From: Candidatus Nomurabacteria bacterium
Lineage (GTDB): Bacteria > Patescibacteriota > Minisyncoccia > Phycocordibacterales > UBA9973
DNA: 47,809 nucleotides
Assembly (NCBI GenBank): GCA_029288725.1
Contig: JARIGS010000024.1
Coordinates: 1 to 47,809 of the forward strand
Direction: 5' to 3'
The position numbers and the translations under genes were made by a program. Of the stretch, positions 32,493 through 38,334 are shown piece after piece. Every line of letters begins with the position of its first letter. The first letter of the stretch is position 1. Under the pieces are notes generated by a model. It was not told where the DNA came from. It saw only the letters and a list, made by a program, of their open reading frames with translations, and searched no databases.

Positions 32493-32640
32493 AAAGAAGG
32501 TACTAATCTCTAAGCAGTCAGCCACAGGTTCTAAGTATTTGCGCAGGACGTTTTGGTTTCGACTGGGGCTATCCTATAATTATGCTTTACTTATACGTCA
32601 CAGCACGTATAAGGACTGTTTGGAGATTAGTGCTTTTTTT
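32493..32640 (+). ncRNA. Candidate structured ncRNA (unknown family) closed by a 27-bp helix
   Basis: 32493-32519 pairs with 32614-32640, giving 22 Watson-Crick pairs plus 5 G-U pairs in the plus-strand sense only. An internal 9-bp hairpin lies at 32590-32613. The 3' arm ends in T7. A possible TATAGT -10 box lies at 32426-32431. Confidence 0.35.
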
Positions 32641-32642
32641 AT

Positions 32643-33242
32643 TTATAAAATGGGGTCTGACCCCTTTTTATTTTTCCTTAATTTTTCCTCCAGATTTTTA
32701 TCATTTACAAGATAAAGGTAGTTTATTGGCAATTCAATTGGTATTGGTGAGAGCATGTTCTTTTGGTGAGTATCTCCATATGAACGTATCCAAACACTAG
32801 ACCATCGCCAGTCCTGAGCTTTTTCAACTAACCCTGCCCGTACCGCATTTCCGTCAACGTACATCAATACCTGCAACAAGTGCCGCTCATCCTTAAGAGG
32901 GAATGATTTATATCTCCCCTGAAACAAATGACCTGTTCCTATTGTGTTATGTTTTCTATGCCACCGCTGGATAAAGGTGGTCGAAAGCCAATGCATGAAT
33001 TTTGACAATTCATGATCTTTCCGAGAATACACTACAAGATGGAAATGGTTTGTCATGGTAGTTTCGCTTAGAATATCTATGGCAAATTTTCGCGCAGCTT
33101 CTATAAGTACACATTCAAAAAGCGCATAATCAGCATCTTCCTGAAATATTTTGAATCGTGCATTTGCACGATTAAGCACATGGTAAAATTTTCCTCCTAG
33201 AGCTTCTCTCGGTTTTCGGGGCATTGCTTTATCATTGCACAT
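32643..33242 (-). CDS. IS200/REP-associated (Y1, HUH) tyrosine transposase-like protein
   Basis: YHVLNRAN..., HUH motif NHFHLVV, GHLFQGRYKS, and the tyrosine motif YVDGNAVRAGL. The last 8 codons are encoded by the left palindrome. Confidence 0.75.
   Translation of the reverse strand: MCNDKAMPRKPREALGGKFYHVLNRANARFKIFQEDADYALFECVLIEAARKFAIDILSETTMTNHFHLVVYSRKDHELSKFMHWLSTTFIQRWHRKHNTIGTGHLFQGRYKSFPLKDERHLLQVLMYVDGNAVRAGLVEKAQDWRWSSVWIRSYGDTHQKNMLSPIPIELPINYLYLVNDKNLEEKLRKNKKGSDPIL
32645..32675. repeat. Left copy of the 31-nt GGGGTCTGACCCC-containing palindromic repeat
   Basis: ATAAAAtGGGGTCTGACCCCTTTTTATTTTT. 30 of 31 nt are identical to 33258-33288. Confidence 0.8.
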
Positions 33243-33246
33243 GTCG

Positions 33247-33295
33247 ATAAAGTAAAAATAAAAAGGGGTCTGACCCCTTTTTATTTTTACTTTAT
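33247..33295. repeat. Right copy: 49-nt perfect palindrome centred on 33271, also the likely pilB terminator
   Basis: ATAAAGTAAAAATAAAAAGGGGTC-T-GACCCCTTTTTATTTTTACTTTAT. It overlaps the pilB stop codon at 33292-33294. Confidence 0.8.
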
Positions 33296-34995
33296 TTCTG
33301 CTCGCTCAAATCGACGACAGATTGTACTTCGGCAAAGTCAGTGATGCCCTGAAGAATTTTGACGATACCGTCCTCGCGCATGTCGAGCGTGCCCTGCTTG
33401 TCGGCAATGGCCTTGATGTCGCGCTCAGTCGGATTGGAAAGAATGATGTGCTCGATATTGGCATCCATCTGTACGACTTCAAAAATGCCGAGACGTCCCT
33501 TGTAGCCGGTCTTGCCGCACTTGTCACAGCCATCGGCTGTCCAGACGGTGGTGGCATCAGGCTTCACGCCAAACTGTTCCATGTTCTTGCCATTGGCAAC
33601 GGCGGTATTCCAAATTTCGGTTACCGTCTTTTTTTCGTCTTCAGTAATCGGTCGTTCATGCTTGCAGTTCGTACAGAGCTTTCGGACCAGACGCTGAGCG
33701 ATAGAAAGTGATAGTGCTGATACGAGAATCTTTGGGTTAACTTCGAGGTCGATGAGGCGAGGAATAACACCAGAGGCATTGTTAGTGTGGAGTGTTGAAA
33801 ACACGATGTGGCCGGTCAACGCTGACTCAACAGCAATCTTTGCTGTCTCTGAGTCACGGATTTCACCGACCATGATGATGTCCGGGTCCTGACGCAATGC
33901 TGAACGAAGGCCCTCAAGAAAGGTATAGCCTTTTTTGTGGTCAACTTGAGTTTGAGTGATGCCGGCAAGGTGATATTCGATCGGGTCTTCAATGGTAATA
34001 ATTTTTAATTCAGGAGAAAAAATCTGCTGCAAGAATGCATAAAGGGTTGTGGTCTTACCGGAACCGGTCGGACCGGTCAGCAATACCATGCCATTGGGCT
34101 TGTTGATACCACGAAGAAAAATATCGAGCAGGGGAGCGGAAATGCCCAGCTCATTGAGCTGCACGCGAATGGACTTGGGATTCAAGATACGAAGCACGAT
34201 GGACTCGCCGTATGCACCGGGAATCATTGAGGTACGAAAACTGATCTCGTCAGTTCCCAGGAAAGCGCTGAAGCGTCCGTCTTGTGGTACAGCACTGATG
34301 GTGAGTTTCAGACCAGAGAGCAGCTTGATACGAGTATTGATCTGCTTGTATGTATTCATGCTAAAGGTGGTGATGATGTGCAGTACGCCGTCCAAACGAA
34401 AGCGCAGCTCAACATGATCTTCCATCGGCTCAACGTGGACGTCAGAAGCACCGATACCAATGCCGGCCCCGAGGATGATTTCCAAAATGCGTGACAGATG
34501 ATGGGCTTCGCCGCTTTCATTGATAGCGTCATTGATCGCTTTCACGGCATCATCTATCGTCTTAACGGTCTTACTAAGCTCAAGCAGGACATCAGGGGAA
34601 ATATCCAATCCTCCCGCTCGAGAGCGAGTTGCATAGGACAGGTCGGTATAGTGACTCCACACCTTCTCAATACTTTTTTCACTGGCCATGACCATCACCA
34701 CTTCGTAGCCGCTGCCTTCAAGAAATTTTTTCGCCTCAATTGCACCGTTTGCATTGGGGGAGCGCACTGCCAAATACAGTTTCTTGTCGATTAATTTGTA
34801 CGGACCGACATCGAATGTACGTGCCTGCTCTTCGGTCAAAAGGCGAATAGCGTCATTGTCGATAGGCTGAGAAAGCAGATTGACGTATGTCAGGCCATAT
34901 TTCTGTTCCGCCAGCATCGATACCACATCTTCCTCTTCCGCCTCACGCAAATTGTTGATTCTTTTGATCTGATCAGATTCGTCAAATTGGACCAT
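33292..34995 (-). CDS. pilB: GspE/PilB-family type IV pilus / type II secretion assembly ATPase
   Basis: N-terminal T2SSE_N-like domain, Walker A LLTGPTGSGKTTT, Asp and His boxes, and a tetracysteine motif CTNCK...CDKCGKTGYKGR. Confidence 0.88.
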   Translation of the reverse strand: MVQFDESDQIKRINNLREAEEEDVVSMLAEQKYGLTYVNLLSQPIDNDAIRLLTEEQARTFDVGPYKLIDKKLYLAVRSPNANGAIEAKKFLEGSGYEVVMVMASEKSIEKVWSHYTDLSYATRSRAGGLDISPDVLLELSKTVKTIDDAVKAINDAINESGEAHHLSRILEIILGAGIGIGASDVHVEPMEDHVELRFRLDGVLHIITTFSMNTYKQINTRIKLLSGLKLTISAVPQDGRFSAFLGTDEISFRTSMIPGAYGESIVLRILNPKSIRVQLNELGISAPLLDIFLRGINKPNGMVLLTGPTGSGKTTTLYAFLQQIFSPELKIITIEDPIEYHLAGITQTQVDHKKGYTFLEGLRSALRQDPDIIMVGEIRDSETAKIAVESALTGHIVFSTLHTNNASGVIPRLIDLEVNPKILVSALSLSIAQRLVRKLCTNCKHERPITEDEKKTVTEIWNTAVANGKNMEQFGVKPDATTVWTADGCDKCGKTGYKGRLGIFEVVQMDANIEHIILSNPTERDIKAIADKQGTLDMREDGIVKILQGITDFAEVQSVVDLSEQK

Positions 34996-35036
34996 AGTGT
35001 AATAAGTATAGCGTACTTTAGGGTATAAAAATAAAA

Positions 35037-35064
35037 AACACGCCTATTTTAAAATAGGCGTGTT
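35037..35064 (-). terminator. Intrinsic terminator of gene 35074..36177
   Basis: 28-nt perfect palindrome AACACGCCTATTTT/AAAATAGGCGTGTT, followed on the minus strand by a T-run. Confidence 0.65.
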
Positions 35065-35073
35065 GAATAAATT

Positions 35074-36177
35074 TTAGTTGTGCGTTCTTGGCTTAACGGG
35101 TTTTCTGCCGTTGTCTCTCGTGGTGTCTTGCCTTAACGATGAGGCGCGACTAGTAGTGGTTGGAAAGGGTGCTATCACAGTAGCCTTATCGGTAGATTTT
35201 GTTTGGGTTGAAGCGGGGTCAGAGCCTATTGAAATGTTTAATTTTTCAGACAATACTCTTTTCACTTCATTTACATTAAACACGATACCATATGCTGAAA
35301 GTTTTCTTACATCCCAGCGATTAAGGTTATTATTTACGCTCTTGTCGCCATTAATTTGCAGCCCCTTGTCTTTACTCATTGCTTCCAATGTTTCCTTGTT
35401 AAAGTAAACAAAAGGATCTATTGATATACCCTGAACCAGAATGACATTTTCAGGATCGCCATCCCTTATTTTCATTGGAATGGCTTTGCTAAATTTTTTA
35501 TAGATAGCAACATCATCTGTTATATAAATACATTGACCATTAAAATCGTAGAATATATACCAGATTTTCCCATTGTTGTCCTTAATGAAGTTTTCGATAG
35601 GGTGCATAGTTAATACTCCTTCACCCCCATCAACATCTTTCCGGATATCAGATAATCGTGGTAAAGGAGGTTCTTTCAACAAAAGCTTGTTCAATAGCAA
35701 TTTCATTGCTTCCGCAGACTTGCTATGCAACTTGATGTTAGAACCATACGCAATACGATAGGCATTGATCTTTTCAAAATCAATGCCTGATTTAAGAGCA
35801 ATTTCCTTTGTTGCCTCGTTCGTAAAATTTACGAACGGGCGAGCAGACATCGATTGAAGCTCCACCCCATGGCCAATTGAATCAGCGGTAATATATTCGG
35901 GCAAGGAATTCCTTGCCGCAATATATGCTTCTTCATTATCGGTAAAATCAAGAGTTTTGTTGGAGTAATCGTAGAAAAAGGGATAATTTTTTCCATCACC
36001 TTTTGCAATATTATCAATAGGACGTAACACTAAAAAAGTGCGTACCCCCTTAACACCCTTCCTGGTCGTATCCGAATCATCTCGAACGATCCTGGTTGAA
36101 GTTTTTGGTGGATGAACGCGACATCCGACTTGTAGTAAACCAGTCACTACAAATAACAAGATCAGTATCTTTTTCAT
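35074..36177 (-). CDS. Hypothetical lipoprotein with internal two-fold domain duplication
   Basis: Lipobox-type signal MKKILILLFVVTGLLQVGC. Two modules of about 125 aa align by eye (RPIDNIAKGDGKNYPFFYDY / HPIENFIKDNNGKIWYIFYDF; ARPFVNFTNEATKE / IDPFVYFNKETLEA). The tail is S/T/R-rich. Confidence 0.6.
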   Translation of the reverse strand: MKKILILLFVVTGLLQVGCRVHPPKTSTRIVRDDSDTTRKGVKGVRTFLVLRPIDNIAKGDGKNYPFFYDYSNKTLDFTDNEEAYIAARNSLPEYITADSIGHGVELQSMSARPFVNFTNEATKEIALKSGIDFEKINAYRIAYGSNIKLHSKSAEAMKLLLNKLLLKEPPLPRLSDIRKDVDGGEGVLTMHPIENFIKDNNGKIWYIFYDFNGQCIYITDDVAIYKKFSKAIPMKIRDGDPENVILVQGISIDPFVYFNKETLEAMSKDKGLQINGDKSVNNNLNRWDVRKLSAYGIVFNVNEVKRVLSEKLNISIGSDPASTQTKSTDKATVIAPFPTTTSRASSLRQDTTRDNGRKPVKPRTHN

Positions 36178-36256
36178 TTTCAATGAGTTTTTAGTTTTTT
36201 TCACCATATCACTTTTAAATGATTTTGTCAATGTCGTTGTGGGTTCTAGATCTAAA

Positions 36257-36284
36257 ATAGCCGCTTCAATAATGAAGCGGCTAT
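36257..36284 (-). terminator. Intrinsic terminator of gene 36311..36790
   Basis: ATAGCCGCTTCA-ataa-TGAAGCGGCTAT, a 12-bp stem. Confidence 0.6.
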
Positions 36285-36310
36285 GGTTACTACGTACACT
36301 GAAAGAGTGG

Positions 36311-36790
36311 TCAAAATTTTACATTGCCTGGAACGTTTATGATTTCATACTGCTTGTAAGCAGGCCCGCCATCGGCAGAAGAGGCAAGTAACACATACCC
36401 GCTACTTTGAATCATTGCATTGGCGTTTGTACGGAGCGTGGCAGTATTGCCATACACGTTTGAGCCAAATGCGAGGGAGTCGCGCTTGGTAATAGGGTTG
36501 TAATAGATGTTTCCATCAGCGCCTATTTCGTCTCCACTGGCACGGTTAACGTACACCGGATAGTAGTTGAAAGAGTTGTTGGACGCTATTGGTGACTTGA
36601 GGAGCATGTATGATCTTCCTCCAACTGGCATAGGTCCGGAATAGGGATCCGATGACTGCGGTAAAAATTGGTGTGTTACCACCGGTGCAGAAGTAGAGGA
36701 CTGGTCTGACCCATCTGTCTTTTCCTTTTTACAGGAAGTAAAGATGATACTACAGACAATAAAGCCGAGTAGGATGTTTTTGATACGCAT
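36311..36790 (-). CDS. Hypothetical small lipoprotein, 159 aa
   Basis: Signal MRIKNILLGFIVCSIIFTSC followed by KKEK. No family recognised. Confidence 0.6.
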   Translation of the reverse strand: MRIKNILLGFIVCSIIFTSCKKEKTDGSDQSSTSAPVVTHQFLPQSSDPYSGPMPVGGRSYMLLKSPIASNNSFNYYPVYVNRASGDEIGADGNIYYNPITKRDSLAFGSNVYGNTATLRTNANAMIQSSGYVLLASSADGGPAYKQYEIINVPGNVKF

Positions 36791-36821
36791 AATATTCAAT
36801 TGTTATAGAAGTGAAACAAAT

Positions 36822-36877
36822 ATTTTTTTGAATATAAACACATGTTTAAACAAAAGTCAATTTTTTTGAATGTGAAC
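36822..36877. promoter_or_regulatory. Two 18-nt direct repeats in the divergent promoter region
   Basis: ATTTTTTTGAATATAAAC (36822-36839) and ATTTTTTTGAATGTGAAC (36860-36877). 16 of 18 nt are identical, spaced 38 bp start to start. Confidence 0.4.
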
Positions 36878-36972
36878 CGTCGAGTGTTTATGCATAGGGA
36901 CTGCCATTGACAAGTAAGTCAAGTTATGCTAAGGTTTTAAAAAACAAGTTATTTAAGAAAACACAGAAAACT

Positions 36973-38148
36973 ATGAAAAGAAGCTTATTAACGGGTGCGA
37001 TGGTGTTCATAGGAAGCATCTGCACCAATGTGACCATTGCCCAAGTCCACGAGTATGAAGGTCACGGTATGTCTACCATTAAAGCGCAAAGAGAAACAAA
37101 TCCAGAGATTATAAAATCTAATTGTAAAAAAGTAATTTTTGGAACCACCTCTGAAGCATTTACGGTAATTAGGAGTGACCTTAAACATGTTACCCAGCAG
37201 CAGATACTTGACGCCATAGTTCAAAATATTGCTGACCAAATGGATGAAGATTTTCTCCCTAACCATCCCGATGAGTACAGTATCGAATGGGTAACCTACA
37301 AAACCAATTCAGAAGAATGGAAGAAATTTTGCGCGGAAAATGAAGATAGCTATGTTAAGGATCAGGTAGGAGAATTAAAGTTCGATTACGGTGACCCGGC
37401 ATCTTCATGGGTAAGTAGGCACAAGACCTGTCGTATCGTTGCTGTTATTACCCATGTTACAACGGGTAAAACAGCAAGGATATTCGCTGATTGCCTGAAT
37501 GGTTTTCGCCCTCTTGATGAAACGATTACCAAGAGAGATGTTGACCGCGGACCAGGTGTTGTAACACCGAACTATCGTGGTGACAACAGTAATTGCTTTA
37601 TCGAAAGCTTTACTGCAAGCCGTCTCAAGATAAGACGGGGTAGGTCAGTCACGTTAAATTGGGAGGCTACTTGTAGCCCGTTAACGCTAAAGGAATCTAA
37701 TTCGTTAGAGGCAGATGCGGTCCGTCAGTTGATTAGGAAAAATTTACCCGCTGTCAGCGGTAACGGCCTGTCTGTTACTCCGATGGATAGGATAAATTAT
37801 TACATGCTTACCACACCGGAAGGTACGGGCAAATATGTAAAGATCAAAGCCAAAACTTTTGTTGGAGAAAATTGGGCATGGATAGGTCCCTTGGGGGCCG
37901 GTGTTATTGCTACAGGAACAGTCCTGTTAGTAGATGCTTTAAAGAAAGGTCCAGTTGTTGTAGATAACACGTACCCAAACAATTTCCAAGGTGGTTCTGG
38001 GCCATCAGGAACGTCTGGAGGCACAGGTAGTCAAAAAACCACCTCGGTACCGCCACCTATGGTTGGTACCCAGAGCGTGCCGAGTATCCCGGTTGTTTCA
38101 ACGATGCGCCCGCCAGTAGTTACAGTACGGTACATTATCCATTTTTAA
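36973..38148 (+). CDS. Hypothetical secreted protein with C-terminal TM anchor and G/S/T/P-rich tail
   Basis: Signal MKRSLLTGAMVFIGSICTNVTIAQV, C-terminal helix WAWIGPLGAGVIATGTVLLVDAL, then GGSGPSGTSGGTGSQ. ATG 36973 is preferred over TTG 36907. Confidence 0.6.
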   Translation: MKRSLLTGAMVFIGSICTNVTIAQVHEYEGHGMSTIKAQRETNPEIIKSNCKKVIFGTTSEAFTVIRSDLKHVTQQQILDAIVQNIADQMDEDFLPNHPDEYSIEWVTYKTNSEEWKKFCAENEDSYVKDQVGELKFDYGDPASSWVSRHKTCRIVAVITHVTTGKTARIFADCLNGFRPLDETITKRDVDRGPGVVTPNYRGDNSNCFIESFTASRLKIRRGRSVTLNWEATCSPLTLKESNSLEADAVRQLIRKNLPAVSGNGLSVTPMDRINYYMLTTPEGTGKYVKIKAKTFVGENWAWIGPLGAGVIATGTVLLVDALKKGPVVVDNTYPNNFQGGSGPSGTSGGTGSQKTTSVPPPMVGTQSVPSIPVVSTMRPPVVTVRYIIHF

Positions 38149-38186
38149 TGGAAAGCAAAGTAGTACTTGCGATAGTACAAAAAAAT

Positions 38187-38217
38187 GGGAATAATGGTCT
38201 TAAAGATCATTATTCCC
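38187..38217 (+). terminator. Intrinsic terminator
   Basis: GGGAATAATGGTCT-taa-AGATCATTATTCCC, flanked by an A-run and a T-run. Confidence 0.65.
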
Positions 38218-38264
38218 TTTATTCTTTAGTATCTTACTAAGTCGGTAGGAGACTAAAGAGTGAA

Positions 38265-38293
38265 TTGACTTTTTTACTATATTATGTTATGGT
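38265..38293 (+). promoter_or_regulatory. Canonical sigma70-type promoter (-35 TTGACT, 17-nt spacer, extended -10 TGtTATGGT)
   Basis: TTGACT at 38265-38270 and TATGGT at 38288-38293. The leader to ATG 38335 is about 35 nt. Confidence 0.5.
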
Positions 38294-38334
38294 AACAAAG
38301 TTAAAGTAAGTATTATAAAGTGAAAGAGATGAGT

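Noticed and set aside
32582-32800. 72-aa plus-strand ORF
   Set aside because: It spans the ncRNA 3' helix, the T-run, the palindromic repeat and the 3' end of the Y1 transposase-like gene. It has no plausible start context.
35033-38220. Chimeric assembly as the explanation for the odd three-gene block
   Set aside because: Genes on both sides (pilB, tsaE, polA) share the same style and promoter geometry as the rest of the window, so an internal insertion is more likely. This can only be settled with read data.
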